In this document: positions 18,224 through 30,243 of the stretch, piece by piece
Layout: every line of letters starts with the position of its first letter
Numbering within the stretch: position 1 is the first letter of the stretch
Assembly: GCA_039029375.1 (NCBI GenBank)
Contig: JBCCGH010000004.1
Span: 69,561 to 133,560, forward strand
DNA length: 64,000 nucleotides
Source of the DNA: Planctomycetota bacterium
GTDB taxonomy: Bacteria; Planctomycetota; UBA1135; UBA2386
Direction of reading: 5' to 3'
Program-made: the position numbers and the translations under genes
The notes under the pieces: generated by a model
Told to the model about the DNA's origin: nothing
Databases searched by the model: none
The model's input: only the letters and a program-made list of their open reading frames with translations

Positions 18224-18673
18224 CTACGGCCGGCCCAGCGCGCCGCGCGCGCAGGCGCGCACCAGCACGTTCTCGCTCCCGGCCAGCTCCTGCACCGCGG
18301 CGCGGACGCCCGCACCATGGGGGTCGATCCGCATCAGCGCCCAGGCCAGTCGCATTCGCACGACGTCGTTCGCGCCCTCGAGTTGGCGCAGCAACGCGGG
18401 GAGCGCCGGGCGCGCCGCGGCACCGATCTCGCCCAGCGCGTAGACCGCAGCATCGCGGAGATCCTCGTCCGCCAGCGCCGCGATGAGAGCATCGACGGAC
18501 CCGGCGGCCTTCGCCGCACCGCGCTGCGCCAGCACCAGAGCTGCACCGCGACGGGCTTCGATGGCGCCTTCGGCCAGCGCCGCCACCGGGTCACGGGCCG
18601 CGCGCCGCCACGCCACCACGGCGCCCAACAGCACGACCACGGCCGCCAGCGCGCTCCGTTGCGTGGCGCTCAT
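18224..18673 (-). CDS. HEAT-repeat protein with N-terminal membrane anchor
   Basis: Only the last 149 codons of track ORF 18224..19864 look real. MSATQRSALAAVVVLLGAVVAW anchor, then HEAT/PBS-lyase type repeats (DALIAALADEDLRDAAVYALGEIG...). The ATG overlaps the upstream stop (ATGA). Confidence 0.65.
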   Translation of the reverse strand: MSATQRSALAAVVVLLGAVVAWRRAARDPVAALAEGAIEARRGAALVLAQRGAAKAAGSVDALIAALADEDLRDAAVYALGEIGAAARPALPALLRQLEGANDVVRMRLAWALMRIDPHGAGVRAAVQELAGSENVLVRACARGALGRP

Positions 18674-20232
18674 CGGCGCTCCTCGCGGCGAAACAGCAGC
18701 GCGCCATAGGCCACGTCGACCACCCGCCAGGCGTCCCCGGTGGTCAGCCGCTGCAGCAGCGCCGGGGCAAATGGCGCCTGGTGCTCCCAGCTGGAGAAGA
18801 ACGCGAAGTCTGCCTCGACCTTGGGATCCATGGCAAAGCGGTCGATTTCGACGCCGACGGCGTCGACCTGCGCCAACGCCAACAGCCCAGGCGCTTTGAT
18901 CGCCGCGACGCGATCGTCGGGGCCGATCTCGTTGCGCTGCATCATTGCCAGGATTTCGCGCCCCTGGACCGGTACCGCCGGGACACGCGAGAACGGGCCG
19001 CCTGCCGCGACTGCGATCCCGATGGAGGTCGCGAGGAGGAGCTCGCTCACCGGCAGGTGCGCCAAGGGACCGCGGCCCAAGGCGCTGGCGCCGCGGTGGA
19101 CGAGCCGAGCGCCGAGGACCAGCACGGCGATCGAGACCGGCAGCATGAAACCCGACCGCGGAAACACAACCAGTAGACCAGGGATGATCAGCCAGCTGGT
19201 CCAGAGCGCGATCCGCGCCGATGCCGGAGGGCGCGGCGGCGCCGAGCGCCATGCCGGCCAGGCGCCGAGGAGCATGAGCAGCAGGGCGCTTGCCAACAGG
19301 GTGTAGGCCACCGGCGCGAGGTAGTAGAAGGGGAAGCGCAGGTTGGCGAGCACCATCTCGGGGAGGAACGCGGCGTTGTGCAGCACGTGATCGACGAACG
19401 CGCCAGGATTGGCGGCGAGCGCCGCGAACACTGAGTGCGCCCCTGGAAACGCCGCTTCGATCATCCCTTCCTGCTGCTCGACGGGCGCGCCGATCATGGG
19501 TAGCGCACCCTCTGGCGCGAGCTGGTTGCCGACGTAGTGATCGCGAAACGCGAGCCACGAATGCTCCTTGGCGTGCGGCGAAGCCGACGACAGCAGCAAG
19601 ACACCGACCGAAGCGACGATGAAGCCAAGCCCGACCGCGCGAAGCCTGGGCCGACCGCGCACGTGCCCGACGGCGGCCATCCCGAGCGCCGCACTGCCGA
19701 GCCACGGGAGCAACTCCAGCCGGTTGAACGCGGCGAGCGCGAGAAAGCTCAGGCCCAACACCGGCCGGCGGCGGCCCAGGCACCCGAGCGTTAACAGGAC
19801 GAGGCAACCGTTGAACAGGTAGACGCGGAACGGGAACTCGAGCACGCCCGGTTGCGAGCCCCACCAGATCGCGGCGAAGAGCGCCGCACTGCGCGGCACG
19901 AACGCCACGAGCGCCCAGGCGACCGCCAGCGTCCCGCCGATGGTCAGCACGACCGCCATCGCATCCTGCACGGCGACGCCCCCGAGCGGCGCCAGCTGCA
20001 CGACGCCGTAGGCCGCGGAGTAGACCGGGCCAAAGCCGAGGGTCTTGGTCTCCGGCCGGCCCTCGATGAGCGCGAGGCCCTGCTGCTGGTACATGACCTC
20101 GTCAGCCGCGTGCACGTCAACGTGCTGGGTGAACCCCTGCAGCAACAGGATCTGCAGCACGAGCAGGCCGGCGTAATCGAGCCAGCCGCAACGCCGGGGC
20201 TCGGCGTGCTGGGGTGCGTCAGACGCGGTCAT
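18670..20232 (-). CDS. Polytopic membrane protein, family unknown (GT-C-like size and topology)
   Basis: More than 10 hydrophobic segments and a soluble C-terminal domain of about 100 aa. High GC3. Translationally coupled to the HEAT gene. Confidence 0.6.
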   Translation of the reverse strand: MTASDAPQHAEPRRCGWLDYAGLLVLQILLLQGFTQHVDVHAADEVMYQQQGLALIEGRPETKTLGFGPVYSAAYGVVQLAPLGGVAVQDAMAVVLTIGGTLAVAWALVAFVPRSAALFAAIWWGSQPGVLEFPFRVYLFNGCLVLLTLGCLGRRRPVLGLSFLALAAFNRLELLPWLGSAALGMAAVGHVRGRPRLRAVGLGFIVASVGVLLLSSASPHAKEHSWLAFRDHYVGNQLAPEGALPMIGAPVEQQEGMIEAAFPGAHSVFAALAANPGAFVDHVLHNAAFLPEMVLANLRFPFYYLAPVAYTLLASALLLMLLGAWPAWRSAPPRPPASARIALWTSWLIIPGLLVVFPRSGFMLPVSIAVLVLGARLVHRGASALGRGPLAHLPVSELLLATSIGIAVAAGGPFSRVPAVPVQGREILAMMQRNEIGPDDRVAAIKAPGLLALAQVDAVGVEIDRFAMDPKVEADFAFFSSWEHQAPFAPALLQRLTTGDAWRVVDVAYGALLFRREERR

Positions 20233-20283
20233 CGCCGCCGGTTCTACGGGGGAGCCGGCGGCGGGGGAAGCGTGGCGCGGCCT

Positions 20284-20682
20284 CTAGGCCTTGCGCAACG
20301 AGTCGCGAATCTCGGTCAGCAGCTTGACCTCGTCGCTCGGCTCGGCCGGCGCCGGCGGGGCCTCCTCTTCCTCACGCTTGAGCCGGTTGATCGCCTTGAC
20401 CAACAGGAACACGGCGAAGGCCACGATGAGGAAGGAGATCAGGTTGTTGACGAAGTTGCCCCAATTGATGGTGACCGCGTCGCCGCCACCGGGCGGCTCC
20501 AGCTTCAGCACCTTGTCGCTGAAGTCGACGCCGCCGGTCAGGTAGCCGATCGGCGGCATCATCAGGTCGTCGACGATCGACTTCACCACCGTGCCGAAGG
20601 CGCCGCCGATGATGATGCCGACGGCCATGTCGACCATGTTGCCTTTGATCGCGAACTCTTTGAACTCTTGGATGAATCCCAC
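20284..20682 (-). CDS. mscL: Large-conductance mechanosensitive channel
   Basis: [46 protein letters not shown]... is a near-canonical MscL N-terminus and TM1. Confidence 0.95.
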   Translation of the reverse strand: MGFIQEFKEFAIKGNMVDMAVGIIIGGAFGTVVKSIVDDLMMPPIGYLTGGVDFSDKVLKLEPPGGGDAVTINWGNFVNNLISFLIVAFAVFLLVKAINRLKREEEEAPPAPAEPSDEVKLLTEIRDSLRKA

Positions 20683-20795
20683 TCGAACTCCTAGTGCATT
20701 TAGGGACAGGCTGTGGAGCCGCGCTGCAAGGCTGGGCCACGCACGCTAGCGCGGCACTCCGCGGAATCCAGGCCGAACGCCGCGGCGGGAACCCC

Positions 20796-23924
<3,129 letters not shown>

Positions 23925-24046
23925 GGCCAGGATAGGCCGCCCGCCGATCGCAACGAACGGCCGACGGCCAAACCCGCAGCGCCGTAGGGCGCGCAGATTT
24001 CACCAATCTATCCACACAGCTCTCCACAGCGCGCCGCAAGGCACGC

Positions 24047-25240
24047 TCAGTCGAGATCTTCGGGACCGTCGAGGCAGGCACAGATGAAGTCGCTGCCGAG
24101 CCCCAGATCACGAGCCAACTGGCCGAGGAAGTCGCGCTCATCCTCCGACACATGCCCGTCGGCCTTCGCGACGACGCACATGTCGCGCATGACCTGCGCG
24201 CGCCGGCTCGGGACGACGAGCTCGACCACCTTGGCCACGCGCGCAGGCAAGTCACCGCGCAGCGCGTCGACACTGAGCCGTGACGTCACCTTGCCCTCGC
24301 CCAAGAACTCCTCGATCGCGTCCCGCTCGGCGTCCGACATCGGCCCCGTCACGTTGGCAATGATCACCGACCCAGCCAGGAGCAGGCGCCGCATCGCGAT
24401 GGAGGCGTCGCTGTCATCCTGCAGATAGCCGGGCTCCATCAGCTGCATGACGTCGGTGACGGCCGCCTCCAGGTCCGCCTGTGACGTGCCCCCGGGCTGG
24501 ATCATCTCCGAGCTGGCGAACAGCTTGGCGGTCTTGAGGCGCAGCGGGCTAAACGGGTGCGTCGAGAACCAATCGGCACGCGGCTGGTCATCAGCCGCCC
24601 CGCCACCGAACGAGGCCAGGGCGTCAACCTGCCCGAGCAGCGCATCCATCACCACGTGCGCGGCGCCCTGCCGCAGACCGGAGGCGAGCTTGAACAACGC
24701 TCGGGCCACGGCGTCGAGGTCCCGGGCACACCACAGGCCAGCGCGGTCCGCCGACACCTCGGCCCACCGCGACCACGCAAACACGCGCAGCGCCGTCCGC
24801 GCCCCGACCGGCTCGGGGCCGCGCAGCAGCCAGCCAACCGGCAAGTCGTGGTGCCCGAAGATGAAGTGGCCCAGCTCGTGACCGACGACGAACGCTAGCT
24901 CCGGCTCGTCGAACGCTTCCAGAAGCTCCGACGTGAACATCACGAACACGCGGCCGTCTTCCGGCCGATAGCAGCCCGCGTTGAGGTGCGGACTGGGCTG
25001 CACGAACAGCTCGACCTCGGTCTCAACCTGCAGCTGCTCGGCACAGCGGTGCACGACGCTCCAGACCTCGGGCGTCAGCTCCTTGGTGAGACGCACCGAC
25101 GTCGCCAGCAGCTGGCGGCGGGTCTCGAGCTGCTTGGTGTCGCGCTCGAACCTCTTGATGGAGCGCTGCACGGAGGGCTCGGCGAGCAGCTGATCGCGCA
25201 GAGCGACGTCGGTCTGCGCGCGCAGGTCGGACGGGGACAT
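24047..25240 (-). CDS. M48-family zinc metallopeptidase fused to a C-terminal TerB-like domain
   Basis: HEXXH in FVVGHELGHFIFGHHD. The C-terminal 130 aa have a TerB/DjlA-N-like pattern (MSDAERDAIEEFL...VVAKADGHVSEDERDFLGQLARDLGL). Start taken at MSPSDL (25240). No TM segment seen. Confidence 0.7.
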   Translation of the reverse strand: MSPSDLRAQTDVALRDQLLAEPSVQRSIKRFERDTKQLETRRQLLATSVRLTKELTPEVWSVVHRCAEQLQVETEVELFVQPSPHLNAGCYRPEDGRVFVMFTSELLEAFDEPELAFVVGHELGHFIFGHHDLPVGWLLRGPEPVGARTALRVFAWSRWAEVSADRAGLWCARDLDAVARALFKLASGLRQGAAHVVMDALLGQVDALASFGGGAADDQPRADWFSTHPFSPLRLKTAKLFASSEMIQPGGTSQADLEAAVTDVMQLMEPGYLQDDSDASIAMRRLLLAGSVIIANVTGPMSDAERDAIEEFLGEGKVTSRLSVDALRGDLPARVAKVVELVVPSRRAQVMRDMCVVAKADGHVSEDERDFLGQLARDLGLGSDFICACLDGPEDLD

Positions 25241-25304
25241 GCCGGCGGAGTCTAGTGGGTGGTCACAGCAAACCGCCACACCCCCAACCCAGGGCTGACC
25301 CGGG

Positions 25305-25877
<573 letters not shown>

Positions 25878-25898
25878 CGCGGCGCCGTGCCGCGCAGG

Positions 25899-27794
25899 TC
25901 ATTGGCCGCGCTGGGTGAGCACGACCTCGCTCAAAACCACGTCGGTGTCGCCCCGCACGGAGAGCCGCAGCGTGATGCCACCGCCCCCGGGCACCGAGAA
26001 CCGCAGCGGCGGCGGCCCACCGGAGAGCGGCGCGCCCGAGGCCTCGGCCACCTCGACGACCAAGCCGCTCGCGACCGGCGCCCCAGCAAGCGAGGGCTCG
26101 GCCTCCCAGGCGCCCGGACGCAGTGACAGCCCGCGTCGTAACACGGTGCTCCCCGGCGCCATCCGCAGCACCAGCGCCTGATCGGCGTCGCTCCACTCGG
26201 TGAGCGCCACCGGCATGCCGGCGCCGACGCGGTGGAACTCGTCCTGCAGGAGATACGCCGGCAGCGCGCCACCGCCTTCGATCGAGGCGACGCCGACGCG
26301 CGGGCTATCGAAGCGAAACCACAGCGGCGCGATCAGCGGCGGATCGACGCGAGCGCGCAGCAGGACGGGCACGTAGTCGCGTAGAAACTCGGGCTGGCTC
26401 TGCAGCTCGATCCCGCCGCGAAACACGCCGACCAAACTGCCGGGTGGCGCGCCAAAGGAAACGATGTCTGGCTGCCGGCCAAGCACGTAGCGGCCGTTCC
26501 CGAGCTCGTGCCCACGAATCCCCTTGCCAAAGTCCTTCGGGCGATGCCGGGCGATGAAGCGATCGGCGAGCCCCAGCATGTCGAGGCTGGGGAAGCCGGT
26601 CCAAAACGGCAAGCTGCCGGCGGCGTCGACCGCGATCAGCGGCGGGTCCGCTGCGAACGCGCGCACGAGCGGCGCGGCGATCCTCTTGGCGTCCCACTCG
26701 CGATCCTGTTTGGCGGCGCCGCGGTTCTGTGGGTCGAGCAGCTGCAGCGGCAAGAAGGCCAGCAACGCCACCAGCTGCGTCGCGAGCCACGCCTCGCGAG
26801 AACGCGGCGCCTCCCAGCAGGCCCGCCCGTTCGCGACGAGCAGCGCACCCAGTGGTGCGACAGGCACGAGCTGCCGCCACGCGGGGAGCACATCGCCGCC
26901 GACGGCCACCACATAGGCGCACCACGTGAAGAGCGAAGCCAACACCAGCGCCGTGACGTCGCGGCGCTCGTTGCGGCGCCAGCAGGCCCATGCCGCGGCC
27001 CCTGCCAACAGCAGCAGCGGCAACATGAACACCAAGCCGTAGCCGACGTAGACGAGCCCCACCTCCACGCGCTCAAGCGTGAGACCGATCTTGACGTAGG
27101 CGGTGTTGGGCAACCAGTCGTGGTAGTAGAGCCGGCGAAACGCTAACTGCGTCGCCACCAGCAGAGCCGGCGGCAGCAGCACCCGGAGCACCGAGTCGCG
27201 CACCCGGCCGCGACCGCCCTGGCGCCACGCGGCCCAGCCCACGGCCGCCGCCGACGCCACCGCAAAGGACGGCCCATCGGGCCGCGTCCAACACAAGAGC
27301 CCGAGCAGCGCGCCCGCCGCCCACTCGTCCCGCGGACCGCGCGCCGGCCGCGCGAGCAACCACAGGGCCCAAACGAGGAGCGCGATCAGCAGCGACTGCT
27401 CGAGCCCGCCCACGCTCCAAACCGCAATCGGTCCGGACGCCGCCACGAACGCTCCGGGCAGCCAGTGCGCGACCGGACGCTCGGCGCTAGGCCGGACCGG
27501 CCACGTCACCACCGCGGCCAGCGCCAGGAGGGAGCAGAGGAGCCCCAGCACGCGACCACCGAGCACCAGGTCGCCGCCCAGGGCGCGCCAGCCGGCGAGG
27601 AGCAGCACCCACAGGAGGTTCGAGTAGCCTTCCACCCGCTCGCCGTCGGTCCACGTGAGCCCGTGACCGGCGACGAGACGCTCGGCATAGCGCATCGAGA
27701 TCAGCGCGTCGTCCACCACGAACGGCAGATACAGCCACGCGTGCGCCGTCAGCAGGGCGGCGAGGGCGAAAAAGGCGACGAACCGCATCGGCAC
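25899..27794 (-). CDS. Polytopic membrane glycosyltransferase-like protein (GT-C fold, arabinofuranosyltransferase-like N-terminus)
   Basis: N-terminal FVVDDALISMRYAERL motif after TM1, more than 10 TM segments, C-terminal soluble domain. Family assignment is from motif memory only. Confidence 0.55.
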   Translation of the reverse strand: MPMRFVAFFALAALLTAHAWLYLPFVVDDALISMRYAERLVAGHGLTWTDGERVEGYSNLLWVLLLAGWRALGGDLVLGGRVLGLLCSLLALAAVVTWPVRPSAERPVAHWLPGAFVAASGPIAVWSVGGLEQSLLIALLVWALWLLARPARGPRDEWAAGALLGLLCWTRPDGPSFAVASAAAVGWAAWRQGGRGRVRDSVLRVLLPPALLVATQLAFRRLYYHDWLPNTAYVKIGLTLERVEVGLVYVGYGLVFMLPLLLLAGAAAWACWRRNERRDVTALVLASLFTWCAYVVAVGGDVLPAWRQLVPVAPLGALLVANGRACWEAPRSREAWLATQLVALLAFLPLQLLDPQNRGAAKQDREWDAKRIAAPLVRAFAADPPLIAVDAAGSLPFWTGFPSLDMLGLADRFIARHRPKDFGKGIRGHELGNGRYVLGRQPDIVSFGAPPGSLVGVFRGGIELQSQPEFLRDYVPVLLRARVDPPLIAPLWFRFDSPRVGVASIEGGGALPAYLLQDEFHRVGAGMPVALTEWSDADQALVLRMAPGSTVLRRGLSLRPGAWEAEPSLAGAPVASGLVVEVAEASGAPLSGGPPPLRFSVPGGGGITLRLSVRGDTDVVLSEVVLTQRGQ

Positions 27795-27912
27795 GGAGAG
27801 CGTAGATCAGCGCCGAAGCGTCGATCCATGCGCCCGCACAGATCACGTCGCCGAGCGACGGCCGGCTAGGGGAATGGTGGCAAAGAACGGCAGGCGGTCA
27901 AGGCGCCGGCCG

Positions 27913-28623
27913 TCACTTGCGCCGGTAGACGACTTCGATGACCTGCGTGTGGCGCTCGCCGATTGGCAGGTCGTGCACCTCGAGGACCATCTCGTCCGCC
28001 GAGCGAAACCGCCAAACGTACTTGACCATCTTGTCGTGCTCGCCGGTCGTGTACTCGTCCAGCGTCCCGTAGAGCAGGAGCGCCTCCCCGCCGGGATCTA
28101 GATCGCCCTCGGCGTGGTTCATCGCGGTGTCCATCGACTGCACCGTGGTCAGCACGTAGCTCTGCTTGAAGTTGTCGTAGCCGAGTAACGAGAAGCCCCG
28201 GAACGCCATGCCCATCATGGACCCGGTCGCCTCTGACTGCAGCCAGCGCCCGTCCATGAGCCACGAGAAGGTGGCGGTGCCCTTCTCCGCGGGCGTGGCC
28301 TGGCCCGACATCATCAACCGACTCTCGGTGTTCCACTCACCGACGAAACGACGCAGCAGCTCGTGGTGCTTGCCGGGCTGGGTGAACTTCTTGACGCGTT
28401 CCATCGCCTCGCGCATCCCCTGGGCCGGATCCTGCACGGCCGGATCCTGCGCGGCCGGATCCTGCGCGGCCGGATCCTGCGCGGCCGGATCCTGCGCGGC
28501 CGGATCCTGCACGACGGGGTCCTGCGGCGCGGCGGCAGCGGGCGGTCGCGACAGTGGCAACAAGAACGAACCGAGAACACCGGCGGCAGCGGCCGGCGCG
28601 AGCAACAACTTCATGGCGCTCAC
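27913..28623 (-). CDS. Secreted DUF1579-like protein with (QDPAA)n linker
   Basis: Signal peptide MKLLLAPAAAAGVLGSFLL. Repeat QDPVVQDPAAQDPAAQDPAAQDPAAQDPAVQDPAQ. The body HELLRRFVGEWNTESRLMM...FSWLMDGRWL...GYDNFKQSYV matches my recollection of DUF1579. Start is GTG 28623 (GTGA overlap) or ATG 28614. Confidence 0.7.
   Translation of the reverse strand: MSAMKLLLAPAAAAGVLGSFLLPLSRPPAAAAPQDPVVQDPAAQDPAAQDPAAQDPAAQDPAVQDPAQGMREAMERVKKFTQPGKHHELLRRFVGEWNTESRLMMSGQATPAEKGTATFSWLMDGRWLQSEATGSMMGMAFRGFSLLGYDNFKQSYVLTTVQSMDTAMNHAEGDLDPGGEALLLYGTLDEYTTGEHDKMVKYVWRFRSADEMVLEVHDLPIGERHTQVIEVVYRRK
28425..28529. repeat. Tandem 15-bp coding repeat CCGGATCCTGCRCGG, 6 to 7 units
   Basis: Units at 28425, 28440, 28455, 28470, 28485 and 28500, plus a degenerate unit at 28515. 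Four internal units are identical. Each contains a GGATCC site. Confidence 0.95.
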
Positions 28624-29753
28624 CTTTCGGGGGGCGAAGGGGAAGGGGCAGGGGCAGGGAGGTCACCTCGCGCCGCGAGGGCCGCGAGCACGACGAAACG
28701 TCGCCGCAGGCACCCCGCCGCCGCGCCGAAGCTCGGCTCCAGCGAGAGGGCTGCGACGGCATCGGCCGGCGCCGTGGGGCGGCGCGGGGCCAGGGTCGGG
28801 GCGCCGGCGAACAACGACAGCGTGAGCGCCGCGGCAACCGCCCCGGCCAGTGCGGCGACGCGGCGAGCGCGGCGCGACGATCTGCCGCGCTCGAGTCGGC
28901 GCAGGCGCACCAGGAGCTGGCGACCACCGCCAAACGGCACGGTGAGTCCGATCGGCCGCAGATGCCGCAGCGCGGCAAGCTCCAGCAGCGTGCGGCGGTA
29001 AGCATGGGAACTGCCGAGCGCGCGGACCACGGCGGCGTCACAGCCGATCTCGCGCTGTGCGGCCAACCGCCGCACGGCCAGCCACGCGGCCGGATGCAGC
29101 CAAAGGGGCGCGCGCACGGCGATACACAACGCCGCCGCCAGCGGATCGCGGCGGCGAACATGCGCGAGCTCGTGGAGCAGCACGTGCTCGAGACGCGCCC
29201 GGCCCTCGCCACCCGCCACGCCCAGCAAGCGCGCCGGCAGCACCACGACCGGCCGCAGGAGGCCGACGACCGCCGGCCCCGCCGCACCGTGCACCACGCG
29301 GACGCGCACCGGCCGGCGCAACCCCAGCCGTTGCGCCGCGTGCCCGGCCGCCTCGCGGACACCCGCCGGCGGCCGCGCCGCATCGATCAACCACGACGAG
29401 CGCGCCCGAGCCGCACCGGCCGCCAACGCCAGCAGGCCACAGGCCGCGCCGACCAGCCAGCAACCGAAGGCCAGACCGAGCCAGGCAGCCGCCGCCGGGG
29501 TCGCACCGGGGACCGACGCCGCCGACCACCCACCGGCCAGCGGCGCGGCGTCCAGTGACCACGGCCCGGCAAAAGGCACCAACAGGCGCACCAGCACCGC
29601 ACCCCACAGCAACGTCGCCAACCTCGCCCCCAACCGTGCGCCGAGACCGAGTTCCAGGCTGCGCACGCCGACCGCCATCACTGCGCCGGGCAACGCGGTC
29701 GCCGCCAACCACTGCCACCAGAGGTCGGCCGCAGCGTTCCACACCTCACTCAT
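28620..29753 (-). CDS. BlaR1/MecR1-type M56 peptidase membrane sensor, without a penicillin-binding sensor domain
   Basis: TM-rich N-terminus. Zinc motif LLHELAHVRRRDP. ATGA overlap with blaI-like gene upstream. The C-terminus is short and Ala/Pro-rich. Confidence 0.8.
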   Translation of the reverse strand: MSEVWNAAADLWWQWLAATALPGAVMAVGVRSLELGLGARLGARLATLLWGAVLVRLLVPFAGPWSLDAAPLAGGWSAASVPGATPAAAAWLGLAFGCWLVGAACGLLALAAGAARARSSWLIDAARPPAGVREAAGHAAQRLGLRRPVRVRVVHGAAGPAVVGLLRPVVVLPARLLGVAGGEGRARLEHVLLHELAHVRRRDPLAAALCIAVRAPLWLHPAAWLAVRRLAAQREIGCDAAVVRALGSSHAYRRTLLELAALRHLRPIGLTVPFGGGRQLLVRLRRLERGRSSRRARRVAALAGAVAAALTLSLFAGAPTLAPRRPTAPADAVAALSLEPSFGAAAGCLRRRFVVLAALAARGDLPAPAPSPSPPER

Positions 29754-30160
29754 GGCGCGGGATCACCCCCCTCGTCGTCGCGGTCACGGCCGTCGCCCTG
29801 CGGCTCCGCCAGCATCCGCGCCAGCTCCTCGCGGTCGCGCGCCGACAGCGTCTCCTCCGCCATCAGATGGTGAACCAAGCCGCCAAACGTGCCGTCAAAA
29901 GCCCGATCCAGCAGCGCCCGCAGTGCGCTGCGCCGCGCTTCCGGCCGGGTGATCCGCGGCGCGTAGCGGCGCGTGTTGCCGGCCTTCTCGGCGGTGAGGG
30001 CACCCTTGGCGACCAGCCGATCCAGCATGGTCTTGACCGTGGTGTAGGCCCAACCGGTGTCGGCGGCGATGCGCTCCAGGACCTCCCGCGCGGTCGCGGG
30101 GGCACCCCGCCACACCGCGTTCATCACCGTCCATTCGCCGTCGCTCAGTCGCCGTTGCAT
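29750..30160 (-). CDS. BlaI/MecI/CopY-family transcriptional repressor
   Basis: LSDGEWTVMNAVWRGAPATAREVLERIAADTGWAYTTVKTMLDRLVAKGAL... is a typical Penicillinase_R winged helix. Confidence 0.9.
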   Translation of the reverse strand: MQRRLSDGEWTVMNAVWRGAPATAREVLERIAADTGWAYTTVKTMLDRLVAKGALTAEKAGNTRRYAPRITRPEARRSALRALLDRAFDGTFGGLVHHLMAEETLSARDREELARMLAEPQGDGRDRDDEGGDPAP

Positions 30161-30166
30161 CGCTTC

Positions 30167-30205
30167 CTGCTACAGATGTAGCAGTATTACTACAGACGTA
30201 GCAGC
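30167..30205. promoter_or_regulatory. Two tandem TACA-N2-TGTA-type palindromes, candidate BlaI operator pair
   Basis: CTGCTACAGATGTAGCAG (30167-30184, perfect 8+8 inverted repeat). A second imperfect copy ACTACAGACGTAGCAG follows 20 bp later. They lie 7-45 nt upstream of the blaI-like ATG. Local GC dip. Confidence 0.6.
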
Positions 30206-30243
30206 TTGCAACCGTGCGGGCCCTGTCCCGCCGCCCCCCCGGC

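Noticed and set aside
18674-19864. N-terminal 400 aa of track ORF 18224..19864
   Set aside because: It is out of frame with, and overlaps, the well-behaved 520-aa membrane protein ORF. Only the last 149 codons (HEAT repeats, ATGA-coupled start) look genuine.
20234-20262. Hairpin GCCGCCGG-N13-CCGGCGGC downstream of mscL as a terminator
   Set aside because: There is no U-tract. It lies directly at the start of the next gene and GC-rich palindromes are frequent here, so support is insufficient.
23925-24046. Intergenic region between the helicase and the M48-TerB gene, containing CGCAACG and CGCAAGG blocks similar to the element core
   Set aside because: The order and orientation of the blocks do not match either orientation of the core, and no arms are present.
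25252-25285. CTAGTGGGTGGTCACAGCAAACCGCCACACCCCC in the M48/msrA divergent region as a collapsed mini-copy of the element
   Set aside because: Only the first 9 nt match copy B exactly and the internal pairing is weak. It could be chance or a very old relic, and it needs genome-wide alignment.
28425-28529. Possible CRISPR array suggested by regularly spaced identical 15-mers
   Set aside because: The units are directly adjacent with no spacers. They are in frame inside a CDS (QDPAA repeat) and far shorter than CRISPR repeats.
28337-29558. ORFs 28337..29383(-) and 28554..29558(+) and other R/G/A-rich frames over the BlaR1-like gene
   Set aside because: These are alternative frames of a motif-supported M56 peptidase gene, and their composition is typical of GC artefacts.
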